Source of the DNA: Mytilus californianus
Lineage: Eukaryota
Assembly: GCF_021869535.1 (NCBI RefSeq)
Contig: NW_026262581.1
Coordinates: forward strand, 2,108,001 to 2,172,000
Direction of reading: 5' to 3'
DNA length: 64,000 nucleotides
Shown: one piece after another, positions 14,501 to 28,170 of the stretch
How positions within the stretch are numbered: the stretch's first letter is position 1
How the letters are laid out: each line of letters starts with the position of its first letter
Translations under genes and position numbers: made by a program
Notes under the pieces: model-generated
Database searches by the model: none
Told to the model about the DNA's origin: nothing
Seen by the model: only the letters and a program-made list of their open reading frames with translations

Positions 14501-17500
14501 ATCTGTTCAGAACTTATTATGACAACAAAGATCACACCAGGAAAAATATGGTATGTTCAGAACTTATCAATGACAACCAAGAGCACATCAGGACAAATAT
14601 GATATATTCAGAACTTATAAATGACAACCAAGATCACACAAGGGCAAATATGGTATGTTTATGGCTTATTAATGACAACCAAGATTACACCAGGACAAGT
14701 ATGGTATGTTCAGAACTTATCAATGACAACCAAGATCACATCAGAACAAATATGATATGTTCAAAAACTTATTGATGAAAACCAGGATCACATCAGGACA
14801 ACTATGATATGTTCAGAACTTATTAATGACAACCAAGATCACACCAGGACAAATACGATATGTTCAAAACTTATTAATGAGAATCAAGAGCACATCAGGA
14901 CAAATATTGTATGTTCATGTCTTATTAATGACAACTAAGTTCACACAAGGACAAATATGGTATGTTCATGTCTTATGAATGACAACTAATATTGCATCAA
15001 GACAAATATGGTATATTCATGGCTTATCAATGACAACCAAGATTACTCCAGGACAAGTATGGTATGTTCAAGTCTTATGAATGACAACCAAAATTGCGTC
15101 AGGACAAATATGAACTGTTTATGGCTTATGAATGACTACCAAAATTGCATCAGGACATGTATGGCATGTTCATGGATTATTCATGACAAGCAAGATCACA
15201 CCAGGACAAATATGGTATTTTCAGATCTTATTAATGAGACCAAAGAGCACATCAGGACAAATATGGTATGTTCATGTCTTATTAATGACAACTAAGTTCA
15301 CACAAGGACAAATATGGTATTGTCAGAACTTATTTATAAGATCGAATAGCACATCAGGACAAATATGATATGTTCAAAACTTATTAATGAGAACAAAGAG
15401 CACATCAGGACAAGTATGGTATGTTCATGTCTTATGAATGACAACCAAAATTGCATCAGGACAAGTATGGTATGTTCAATGACAACCAAGATCACATCAG
15501 GACAAATATGATCTGTTCAGAACTTATTATGACAACAAAGATCACACCACGAAAAATATGGTATGTTCAGAACTTATCAATGACATCCAAGAGCACATCA
15601 GGAAAAATATGATATGTTCAGAACTTATTGACAACCAAAATCACACCATGACGAATACGGTATGTTCATGGCTTACTAATGACAACCAAGATCACACCAG
15701 GACAAGTATGGTATGTTCTGAACTTATTAATGAGAACCAAGAGCACAACATGACAAATATAATATGTTTAAGAACTTATTAATGACAACCAATATCAAAT
15801 CAGGACAAATATGATATGTCCAGAACTTATAAATGACAACCAAGATCAAACCAGGACAGATATGGTATGTTTATGGCTTATTAATGACAACCACGATTAC
15901 ACCAGGACAAGTATGGTATGTTCAGAACTTATTAATGACAATCAAGATCACATCAGAACAAATACGATATATTCAATAACTTATTAATGAAAACCAGGAT
16001 CACATCAGGACAACTAAGTATGATATGTTCAGAACTTATTAATGACAACCAAGATCAGACCAGGACAAATATGATATGTTCAAAACTTATTAATGAGAAT
16101 CAAGAGCACATCAGAACAAATATGATATGTTCAGAACTTATAAATGACAACCAAGATCACACAAGGGCAAATATGGTATGTTCATGGCTTATTAATGACA
16201 ACCAAGATTACTCCAGGACAAGTATGGTATGTTCAGAACTTATCAATGAAAACCAATATAATCAGAACTTATTAATGACAACCAAGATCACACCAGGACA
16301 AATATGATATGTTCAAAACTTATTAATGAGAATCAAGAGCACATCAGGACAAATATTGTATGTTCATGTCTTATTTATGACAACTAAGTTCACACAAGGA
16401 CAAATATGGTATGTTCATGTCTTATTAATGACAACTAAGTTCACACAAAAACAAATATGGTATGCTCATGTGTTAAGAATGACAACTAAAATTGCATCAG
16501 GACAAATATGGTATGTTCATGGCTTATTAATGACAACCAAGATTACACCAGGACAAGTAAGGTATGTTCAGAACTTATCAATGACAACCAAGATCACATC
16601 AGGACAAACATGATATGTTCAGAACTTATAAATGACAACGAAGATCACACAAGGACAAATATGGTATGTTAATGGCTTATTAATGACAACCAAAATTACA
16701 CCAGGACAAGTATGGTATGTTCTGAACTTATTAACGAGAACCAAGAGCACAACATGACAAATATAATATGTTTAAGAACTTGTTAATGACAACCAAAATC
16801 ACATCAGGACAAATATGATATGTTCAGAACTTATGACAACCAAGATCACACAAGGGCATATATGGTATGTTTATGGCTTATTAATGACAACCAAGATTAC
16901 ACCAGGACAAGTATGGTATGTTCAGAACTTATCAATGACAACCAAGATCACATCAGAACAAATATGATATGTTCAAGAACTTATTAATGAAAACCAGGAT
17001 CACATCAGGACAACTAAGTATGATATGTTCAGAACTTATTAATGACAACCAAGATCAGACCAGGACAAATATGATATGTTCAAAACTTATTAATGAGAAT
17101 CAAGAGCACATCAGGACAAATATGATATGTTCAGAACTTATAAATGACAACCAAGATCACATCAGGACAAATATGATCTGTTCAGAACTTATTATGACAA
17201 CAAAGATCACACCAGGAAAAATATGGTATGTTCAGAACTTATCAATGACAACCAAGAGCACATCAGGACAAATATGATATATTCAGAACTTATAAATGAC
17301 AACCAAGATCACACAAGGGCAAATATGGTATGTTTATGGCTTATTAATGACAACCACGATTACACCAGGACAAGTATGGTATGTTCAGAACTTATTAATG
17401 ACAATCAAGATCACATCAGAACAAAAATGATATGTTCAATAACTTATTAATGAAAACCAGGATCACATCAGGACAACTAAGTATGATATGTTCAGAACTT

Positions 17501-20458
17501 ATTAATGACAACCAAGATCAGACCAGGACAAATATGATATGTTCAAAACTTATTAATGAGAATCAAGAGCACATCAGAACAAATATGATATGTTCAGAAC
17601 TTATAAATGACAACCAAGATCACACAAGGGCAAATATGGTATGTTTATGGCTTATCAATGACAACCAAGATTACACCAGGACAAGTATGGTATGTTCAGA
17701 ACTTATCAATGACAACCAATATAATCAGAACTTATTAATGACAACCAAGATCACACCAGGACAAATATGATATGTTCAAAACTTATTAATGAGAATCAAG
17801 AGCACATCAGGACAAATATTGTACGTTTATGTCTTATTAATGACAACTAAGTTCACACAAGGACAAATATGGTATGTTCATGTCTTATTAATGACAACTA
17901 AGTTTACACAAAAACAAATATGGTATGCTCATGTCTTAAGAATGACAACCAAAATTGCATCAGGACAAATATGGTATGTTCATGGCTTATTAATGACAAC
18001 CAAGATTACACCAGGACAAGTATGGTATGTTCAGAACTTATCAATTACATCCAAGATCACATCAGGACAAACATGATATGTTCAGAACTTATAAATGACA
18101 ACGAAGATCACACAAGAACAAATATGGTATGTTAATGGCTTATTAATGACAACCAAAATTACACCAGGACAAGTATGGTATGTTCTGAACTTATTAACGA
18201 GAACCAAGAGCACAACATGACAAATATAATATGTTTAAGAACTTGTTAATGACAACCAAAATCACATCAGGACAAATATGATATGTTCAGAACTTATGAC
18301 AACCAAGATCACACAAGGGCATATATGGTATGTTTATGGCTTATTAATGACAACCAAGATTACACCAGGACAAGTATGGTATGTTCAGAACTTATCAATG
18401 ACAACCAAGATCACATCAGAACAAATATGATATGTTCAAGAACTTATTGATGAAAACCAGGATCACATCAGGACAACTATGATATGTTCAGAACTTATTA
18501 ATGACAACCAAGATCACACCAGGACAAATATGATATGTTCAAAACTTATTAATGAGAATCAAGAGCACATCAGGACAAATATTGTATGTTCATATCTTAT
18601 TAATGACAACTAAGTTCACACAAGGACAAATATGGTATGTTCATGGCTTATTAATGACAACCAAAATTGCATCAGGACAAGTATGTAATGTTCTTGGCTT
18701 ATTAATGACAACCAAGATTACACCAGGACAAGTATGGTATGTTCATTTCTTATTAATGACCACCAAGATCACATCAGGACAAATATGATCTGTTCAGAAC
18801 TTATAAATGACAACAAAGATCACACCAGGAAAAATATGGTATGTTCAGAACTTTATAATGACAACCAAGAGCACATCAGGACAAATATGATATGTTCAGA
18901 ACTTATTAATGACAACCAAGATCACACCTTGACAAATACGGTATGTTAATGGCTTACTAATGACAACCAAGATCACACCAAGACAATAATGGTATGTTCA
19001 AAACTTATTAATGAGAACCAAGAGCACAACATGACAAATATGGTATGTTTATGGCTAATTAATGACAACCAAGATTACACCAGGACAAGAATGGTATGTT
19101 CAGAACTTATTAATGACAACAAAGATCACACCAGGAAAAATATGGTATGTTCAGAACTTATCAATGACAACCAAGATTACACCAGGACAAGTATGGTATG
19201 TTCAGAACTTATCAATGATAACCAAGATCACATCAGAACAAATATGATATGTTCAAGAACTTATTAATGAAAACCAGGATCACATCAGGACAACTAAGTA
19301 TGATACGTTTAGAACTTATAAATGACAACCAAGATCACACCAGGACAAATATGATATGTTCAGAACTTAATAATGACAACCAAGATTGCACCAGGACAAA
19401 TGTTATATATTCATGGCTTATAAATGACTGACAGTCTAGATTTTATTAGACAAATATGGTTTGGTCATGGCTTAATTATAATGTACTTATAGATAAATGT
19501 ATCAAGTATGTTACATGCTTTATTATATGTATAAAATTAATAAATAGAATTCTTTTATTTAAAGTAATTACAAATTATGAAAGTTCAAAAATATTCCCCT
19601 CACCCTTGTTAATATCAACTCTGAAATTGCAAAGTGATTTACACTTATTTGAGTTAATATCAAAATTTCTTTTTACTGAAAAGAAATTATTTCCAAATAT
19701 TTCCTTCATAAAAAATTCAATGAAAAACCAATTCAAACAAATATATCACTAAAATAACAATGATCTTAAAATTTCATATGTTGTGTACAAACACTCAGAT
19801 CTAATATTAAATTTTAGTATTAATGATAAAATATGTGTTCATATCAAAACCATATTATTTTCTTGTGTTTTAGGATCTGTACATGTATACACATATTTAT
19901 TTACAAAGTATATTATTCATAGATGACCATTTTATGGCTGACAAGATATACAAATTAAGTTAAAGCACTTTTATGGACGGAATAAATATTTAGAATGCCA
20001 AAATTGACACAAGTATATATATAAATCTGTGCTAGCTGCAGTATTTAAAACTCACTGAAGAACAGTAGTAACCTTTTTGAGGTTTTTGTTTTTTTATGTT
20101 CTACAAACATACATAAAAACATTCATTTTCAAACCAAAAATAAGAAATATACAAAAAAGTCAAAAACTGTTGAAATGGTGACAATTTCCTTCATTGAAGA
20201 CACAATAAAATATGGGATCGTTCTTGCAAAATGCAAGAATTTGAAAACGAGTTGGTTCAAGTTAAAACCTGAAAACAATAAATACTGCAGAGTTTTTTCT
20301 GTGAACACTTTGGATTCCAATTCTCTCTTCATTCAACCTACAAATAGATAAAACAATTTTCAGAAATTGGCAAAAATAATTCTTAACATTAACCATCAGT
20401 TACCATTTTGCTTTATTTCTAATGTAAATTCAAAATCTTGTAAAGAAAAATGACTAAA

Positions 20459-21636
20459 GGGAGATGTGTGGTACACGTCAATGAGACAGCAATCCTGTGT
20501 GGTACATGTCAATGAGACAGCAACCATGTGTGGTACACGCCAATAAGACAGCAACCATGTGTGGTACACATCAATGAGACAGCAACCATGTGTGGTACAC
20601 GTCAATGAGACTGCAACCATGTGTGGTACATGTCAATGAGACTGCAACCATGTGTGGTACATGTAAATGAGACAGCAACCATGTGTGGTATACGTCAATG
20701 AGACAGCAACCATGTGTGGTACACGTCAATGCGACAGCAACCATGTGTGGAACAGGTCAATGTGACAGCAACCATGTGTGGTATACATCAATGCAACAGC
20801 AACCATGTGTGGTATACATCAATGAGACAGCAACCATGTGAGGTATGATCAATGAGACAGTAACCATGTGTGGTGTGATCAATGAGACAGTAACCATGTG
20901 TGATATACGTCAATGAGACAGCAACCATGTGCGGTACAGGTCAATGTGACAGCAACCATGTGTGGTATACATCAATGGGACAGCAACCATGTGTGGTATA
21001 CGTCAATGAGACAGCAACCATGTGTGGTATACGTCAATGCAACAGCAACCATGTATGGTATACGTCAATGCGACAGCAACCATGTGTGGTATGATCAATG
21101 AGACAGTAACCATGTGTGGTATGATCAATGAGACAGTAACCATGTATGGTACAGGTCAATGCGACAGCAACCATGTGCGGTATTTGTCAATGTGACATCA
21201 ACAATGTGCGGTATACGTCAATGAGACAGCAACCATGTGTGGTATACATCAATGAGACAGCAACCATGTGTGGTATACGTCAATGAGACAGCAACCATGT
21301 GTGGTATACGTCAATGCAACAGCAACCATGTATGGTATACGTCAATGCGACAGCAACCATGTGTGGTATGATCAATACGACAGCAACCATGTGTGTTATA
21401 CGTCAATGTAACAGCAACCATGTGTGGTATACGTCAATGAGACAGCAACCATGTGTGGTATACGTCAATGAGACAACAACCATGTGTGGTATACGTCAAT
21501 GAGACAGCAACCATGTGTGGTATACGTCAATGAGACAGCAACCATGTGTGGTATACGTCAATGCGACAGCAACCATGTGTGGTATACATCAATGAGACAA
21601 CAACCATGTGTGATATACGTCAATGAGACAGCAACC
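20459..21636. repeat. 31-bp minisatellite (~38 units)
   Basis: Unit GCAACCATGTGTGGTATACGTCAATGAGACA, with 30-bp variants. It generates the spurious ORFs at 20396-21678. Confidence 0.97.
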
Positions 21637-22154
21637 AAATTGCAGCTAGAGGTAAACATACTGTTAAATATTATATAGGTGTCAAAATGTCAAGCTCTAA
21701 ATCACCTTGTCACTAAATAGGTTGTCAATAAATTAAATAAAAACAATCAAAGGTCTGCCATAAACACTAACAAGCTTGCATACAATGCAGGGTTTGAACC
21801 TCATGTTTTTCAAGGGGCCATGTGGGCCCTGGTAAAATAAATTTGGAAGTCCACAATAAATAAATCTAAGTAACCCCCAAAATTTAAGGGATATTTAAAT
21901 TTGTAATCAAAATTTGGGGAAACCTGAGAAAAATTAAATGCCTTTAAATTGAATGATTCTGCTTCAAGTTCTCTCATGTTCAGTCACTGGTTTTATTTGG
22001 AGAGGTTTTTGTGGGTATAAAATATGTCCATATTCTGTATTTTAATGCAATATTAAGCACTGAATCAGAATCTATCAAAGACTTGTTATGGACATGGCAG
22101 CTTACACTAGGGAAATTTTTCAGTAGTATTTCGGAGAAATGAAAATCTGAAGTC

Positions 22155-22448
22155 AACTAGATATCATTGAGATGGGAGCAATCTCTGTGGGCCCCGCTGT
22201 AGTAATAGCGGACACGATCTTTACCATAGGACATGGGGTTGTCAACTAAAACCGAAGTTTTTGACCTTGACCTTTGACCTAGGAAGTTGTACATACATTA
22301 TGACACACCCTCTGGTGTTGGTTAATATACATGTCAAGTATAAACTTTGAAATCATAATGGTTCTCTAGATATACAGCAGACACAATTTGTTACGGACGG
22401 ACAGACTGATCACTATAGGGTGTCCGCCATTCAGCTGGGCCCTAATAA
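22155..22448 (+). mobile_element. pearl/HINE-type short element
   Basis: AACTAGA head, GACCTTGACCTTTGACCT core, GGACGGACAGAC microsatellite, and imperfect 3' hairpin ending GGGCCCTAATAA. Confidence 0.7.
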
Positions 22449-22769
22449 AATGATTGTGTATCTGTAATGGCAACGTAGAAATTTATTAAGCAAGAACAAA
22501 TTTTCACTTTCACTTTCTGACAAGTAAACTCGTGAAGAATAGATTATTTAGTTTTACACAGGAATGTACAGTAAATTAACAAGTTTCTTTATGTAGCAAG
22601 AAAACAAATACAGTGACCCCAATTTTTCTAGTTGTTTTCTGAAAGAACATAGTAAGAGCTTTCTTCTCAAATCTTATGTTAAAGTTCTATCCTTAAGTTT
22701 TCTTTCTGTTCACATAAGTGCTTGTTTCCATGTATAGTCCATACAATATCTAACAATTTTGCACAAACT

Positions 22770-23697
22770 CTAGTTTACACTTTGCTGTTGCGAATTGACC
22801 CTCCCCCCCCTCCCCCCACAAAAATAAAATAAAAAATTTACCCCCCCCCCCCCTTTTTTTTTGCTTTTGTGCAATACACTATGCTGTTGTGTATTAACCC
22901 CCACCCCCACACCATTTATTTTTGCAAAAAAAAATAATATTTGAAGAAATTTTCTTTTTAATTTCTGAAAAATTAAATGAGAAAAAATTTACCCCCCCCC
23001 CCCCCCCCATTTCTTTCCCTCAAGATATGGTCATAATCTCAATTCAAATTTCCAATGGAGTTTGCAGCCATAATTACCCATTTAAATTTACCATAGTGCT
23101 AACTTAATCTATTTTATAATAGAATTTAAAATATGGTGTCAAATCTTTCATATGGATTTTTTTGTAAAAAAAAAGATGCAACATTTTATTGGTCTTCCTT
23201 TATAAATATGCATTTCTTTAAACATAATTTAAAAGCAGTGTAAGGGAGGTAATTCAAATGATGTATTTGAAATACCTCCCTTACACTGCTTTAAATAATG
23301 TTTTGTACTTTGTATTTGTCCATTAATCAGGACACCCTTGATTTTCCCCCTTTTTTGCCTTCAATTCCTAAAAGGTTTGAGCCAAAACCCCCCAAAGCAA
23401 ATCCTAACCATCCCTTTGTGGTATGAAAACTTGTGGTATAATTTCAGAGAGATCCATACACTTTTCCACAAGTTATTGTCTGGAAACTAGAAAAATGCTT
23501 ATTTTTGGCCCCGAATTCCTTAACTATTGGTACCATAACTCCCAAAATCAATCCCAACCTTCCTTTTGTGGTATTGAACCTTATGGTAAAATTTCATAGA
23601 GATCCATTCACTTAAACTAAAGTCATTGTGCGAAAACCAATGTCTTCGGACGACGACGACGATGCCAACGTCATACCAATATACGAACGCATAAAAA
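22770..23697 (+). mobile_element. HINE family A copy lacking its 5' head
   Basis: Poly-C tracts and a 157-bp-type unit homologous to 33608-34762 and 48684-49810. Ends gacgacgac...ataccaatatacgaacgcataaaaa. Confidence 0.75.
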
Positions 23698-23884
23698 ACT
23701 AGAGGCTCTAAAGAGCCTGTGTCACTCACCTGCATCTTCAACAATGGCAACTTTTTAAATCATCATAAAAGGGGAATAACTCTATTAAGACAATTAACTG
23801 TTAACACAGAGATATGTCTTGCCTTGTTGTACTTTTGATAATGCAAATGTTGAAATTAAAATAGCAATACTTTAACATGTAAGT

Positions 23885-24786
23885 TATGCAAATATTCAAA
23901 GTCAATGAACCATGACTAAAGGTACATGGCAAAACAATCTCCATGGAAATGAGATGTGCCAATGCTAATACAACTGCATACCAAATACCATAGACTTATC
24001 ATAAGTCGTTCCCTTTCAACAAACCTAAACACAAACATTGTCTTGTAAACTATGTAAAAGTTTCAAAGTCAATGAACCATAATGAAGGGGTGGGGCTATA
24101 TAATCTCCATGGAAACGAGACTTGCAAATGCCAATAAATTTGCATACCAAATATCATTGACTTAACATTAGCGGTTCATCTTAAACTGATCTAATCACAA
24201 ACTAATACTTGTAAACTAAGCAAAAGTTTCAAAGTCAATAGACCATGACTGAGGGGGTGGGACAAAATATTCTCCTTGGAAATGAGATATGCAAATGCTT
24301 ATACAACTGCATACCAAATATCATTGACTTACCACTAGTGGTTCCCCTTGAACTGACCTAATCACAAACTAATACATGTAATCTAAGCAAAAGTTTTAAA
24401 GTCAATAGACCATGACTGAGAGGACCGAGCCAAATAATCTCTATGGAAATGTGATATGCCAATGCTTATACAACTGCATACCAAATATCATTTACTTACC
24501 ACTAGTGGTTCCCCATAAACTGACCTAATCACATACTAATACATGTAAACTAAGCAAAAGTTTCAAATTCAATAGACCATGACCATGAGGGACCAGGCCC
24601 AAATAATTTCCATGGAAATGAGATGTGCCAGTGCTAATACAACTGCATACCAAATATCATTGACAAACCACTAGTGATTCACCTTAAACTAGACCTAATC
24701 ACAAACTAATACATTGTTGACGCCACCGCCGCCGACAACAGCATACCTATGTCTTGCTTTTTGACTCCGTCAAGGCGAGACAAAAA
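23885..24786 (+). mobile_element. HINE-type element with five ~167-bp core repeats
   Basis: aagtcaat(gaa/aga)ccatgac recurs at about 23900, 24067, 24232, 24400 and 24566. The 3' end has the hairpin tatgtcttgc...gcgagacaaaaa. Confidence 0.75.
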
Positions 24787-25386
24787 CAGACCAAAACGCA
24801 AAAACTTAACATTGAGCAATGAACTGTGACAATGAGGTCAGGTGAGCTAAAAAAAAGCACTATTTAGACTATATTTCGGGAAAATATGGAAAAATTCTAT
24901 TGGTTTTAATATATAGTCCACATCTACCTAAAAGGAGCATTGCAAAGTCAGGGTCTTAATATAAAAATTTTTTGGTAGGAAATACCATTGAGGCCTTTTT
25001 TTTTAGATCAATATTTTTCTCTGTTGTCTCTTGATATGTATGAATATTATCATTATTTACAAAATCTTTCCTCCTGCTCTTTGTAACAAAAGATGTTCAG
25101 CTATCATTTTTTTTTTTCATTAAACAAACCTTTTTTCAATAAAAGAAGAATGCTTTTCAAACGTATATGGGACAGACAGAAAGACAGAAGGACAGAAAGA
25201 CAAAAGGACGGAAGGACAGAAAGACAGAAAGAAGGAAAGACTGAAGGATGGACGGTCAAGGGTAGTACTTAAAAATATAGAAACACTGACCATGGCAGTT
25301 TTTTCTGACAACATAAATAAGTATATTGATGGCAATATCTCTGACATTACGTACCCATTCATTCTCAGACACACATGGATGTGATA

Positions 25387-25508
25387 TCATTTAAATGGTG
25401 CTCTGTGTGATGCCACTGACCCTGACATATAACTTTTAGGTGTACCCATACCGGAGCTTTTACCCATTCTACTACTGCTGGCCATGGTACTGGCATTGGA
25501 CAAACGAC
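25387..25508 (-). CDS. CEP41: CEP41 terminal exon 11 coding part (S-RLSNASTMASSSRMGKSSGMGTPKSYMSGSVASHRAPFK*)
   Basis: Long poly-pyrimidine tract plus CAG acceptor, phase matches exon 10, TGA stop. SRL start and PFK end parallel human SRL...PWK. Confidence 0.88.
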
Positions 25509-27724
25509 CTGATAAAAAAAAAGCAAAAAAAAACAGTAAACAAATATTTCTTCTATTTCTGATTTGTAAGGAAAAGTAAAAATCAATTAACTTTGTACAT
25601 GGAAATTAGCAGTGGTATATTTATTTAGTAAAAAGACTGTACCATTTTTACAGAATTATGTGGTACAATTTTCTTATCAGGATTCTGATATTCAGATATA
25701 TATTGCTTTGTTGTTTGTTTCTGAGAAAAACTAAAAACTTTTTTAAAAAATCCAATAGGAAATATAGAATGAATAAACAATCAAAACATATGTAGTAAGC
25801 AGAATATTGAAGCTGGAGCTTTAGAATGTACACAGTCAATGAAAGGTTATCTTAGTATCTAAACACTTCGGTCTTTAAAGTTTATTTGAAATGGTTTCCA
25901 TACGCTCACTGTTAAACTATAACCATTTAAAAGCATTACATAATAAAAAAACCTAAAACAAGTTATATCTAAGAACCATATAATTAGTTCTTGAGGCCTA
26001 ACCATGCATGCCTAATTCAAAACTGTCTTGTAGTAGTTGTATTAATATTACATGCAAAATATTTCACAAGGAAAATTCAGATTAACCCATTTTTAGAGTG
26101 ATTGGTTGTTTATCTTCAAGTTGCAAATATTTCATGCATATTCAGAACAACCTATATTTAGATAACATTAGCTTTCTCTATTTAATAGTTCGAATAATAG
26201 GATCAAAGGTAATATGAAAATACATGCTTTAGTTCAAAAAATATGTTGACATGATTAACCTACATAATCCTGATTAATACACTAAGAACTAATCTATCAA
26301 TTTTAAATCATGTTAAAGATTAAACTACAATCCATCACAATAACAATTATAATCCACCAAACTTTTGACTTACTGTTCTTGCCTAAAACAAAATTGCTGT
26401 ATTAATTTATTAATACTTAATCAATTTAAAAACAGCAAAAAAAATCAAACCAAATAATGCTCCCTTTCAAATTCTCTTTAGAAAGTTTCACATACAGATA
26501 AAACCTTTCTTCGTATACTTTTCACTGTACACATGCTGGAATTATGTTCTATATTAATTCAATAACTTGAATTTATATTCAAATTATAGAAAGTTAACTG
26601 AAGACAGGAATTTTTTTTCAACTACACTTTATACCCTGTGCTTGGAAATCTGAAGTCATCTTTTGGATAGTTCTACAGACACCATCTAAACTTTGATACA
26701 CATTAAGGAATATCCATGTCACAGATGACTGCAAATATGTCCAATTGTCAGTCAAAATCTTATTCTTTTATACTAGTTCATAACTAATGACCAAATGGGA
26801 CTTATCACTAGATATCCTAATGTCAAGGGCATTATAACAAGTGATACATTGAACTAGTTTCAATAGCAGAAACTGCTAACCTTCCTAAAAAGGACAGTAT
26901 TCCTAGTTTTTCTTTAGATCCCTTTCACTGCAAACCTGCACTGTAGATTATCAAATTAAATGGTTAGGCCATGAATATGATCTAAACAATAGAACACAAA
27001 CAGGTCAAAACAAACAGAGCTCATAAAAATATCAATCAAAGAGCAATGAATGAGAAATTACTTGTATTCATCATCCTACTATTATGTCCTGAAATAAAAA
27101 TACAAGTAATCACACTCTTACAATTAATCAAATTATGTAATTTTCCAGAAAATTTAAAAAATAGAAAAGCTGTTCAATGAGCTGTGAGAAAAGAACTAAG
27201 GCTCACAGATTTAGATTTTCTCATCTAGTTACAGATCTGAGACTTTCCACAGCAGATCCATTTTAAATATAAAGTCACTGCAACATATTTGGAACATAAA
27301 ATCAAGAAAGGAATTAGAAAGAGGAAAGCTGACCAAACCATCAATGAAAGCACATCTAAAATAACACAGAACACAAGTTCAAGATATATCATCATATATA
27401 GTGTTCTACAACCTGCCTTATAAACTGTACCCACATTTATATCCAAACATAACATTTTTATACAATAATATCATTCTACAATTAGACCACTACATCTGTA
27501 TTTTCATATTTATAGACAAATTCGTATGTAGTACCAAAGAGAGAACCGAAGTTATAAATTAGGTATCATGGACTTATTAGCCATCAAACATCAAAATACA
27601 GCCTCAAATATTGCAATGACAACTCTTAAATAACAATATTACATGATAATCTTACACACACTTAACTGGTACAAGGAAAAAATAGCTGTCTCAGTGATTA
27701 TCTCCCCTGACAAATAAAACTTAC

Positions 27725-27910
27725 TTCCTGTGCTTCTATCTTGTAAGGCATTATCTAAGTACATATTTAATCGATCTATATCATGTTGGTCAAAATCTTT
27801 CTGTGAGGCTGGAATGATTTCTTTTGGTGGCTTGGCTGCTTCTGTCACATTTTGATTAGGTGTACCAGTAAAAAGACCTTCTGGAAATGTTTTGTAGGCT
27901 ATCCTCATTC
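27725..27910 (-). CDS. CEP41: CEP41 exon 10 (MRIAYKTFPEGLFTG...DIDRLNMYLDNALQDRSTG)
   Basis: aatttttag acceptor, GTAAGT donor, 186 nt. Matches human LKVLAQKFPEGLITG and DLKKIEYYL. Confidence 0.95.
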
Positions 27911-28170
27911 CTAAAAATTAACAAATACATATTTCAATGAAATGATTAAATTTTTACTTTCAATATTTTTAAAGTTAATATAACTTGAGGTATGGGCAGC
28001 ATTTAAGAATGTAATTTATGCTTTGAAGAACAAGGTCACACATGATACAAATGGAGTTTTTTAATCACAAAAAGTTTATTTTTTCAAAACTGTTTCAACG
28101 GCAGACATAAGGTAAATATTATGCACTCTATAGTGAAAGAAAAAGAAGGGTATTATCATTATAACAAAAA

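Larger units (their letters stand above)
7940..19480. repeat. ~11.5-kb satellite/minisatellite of 51-bp units with higher-order repeats
   Basis: Consensus ATGACAACCAAGATCACACCAGGACAAATATGGTATGTTCAGAACTTATTA. Offsets between matching ORF-track entries show duplications of 255, 712, 1463 and 2675 bp (e.g. 12333 to 15008, 16326 to 17789). Confidence 0.97.

Noticed and set aside
8577-19431. Dozens of ORFs with MVCSELINDNQDHIRTN or MTTKITPGQIWYVQ repeats, suggesting a repeat or solenoid protein
   Set aside because: They arise from the 51-bp satellite. Frequent in-frame TAA stops and indels break them, and no splice structure links them.
20129-20345. Short ORFs and acceptor-like sites between the two satellites
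   Set aside because: No coherent exon chain or recognisable protein.
20459-21636. CRISPR-like regular repeats (also 28171-29470)
   Set aside because: Units are head-to-tail with no unique spacers, and the context is eukaryotic.
20396-21678. ORFs in the 31-bp array, and the Cys-rich ORF 47878-48066 (VCHDCCQVC)
   Set aside because: Translation artefacts of minisatellites, with no start, stop or splice context and no recognisable domain.
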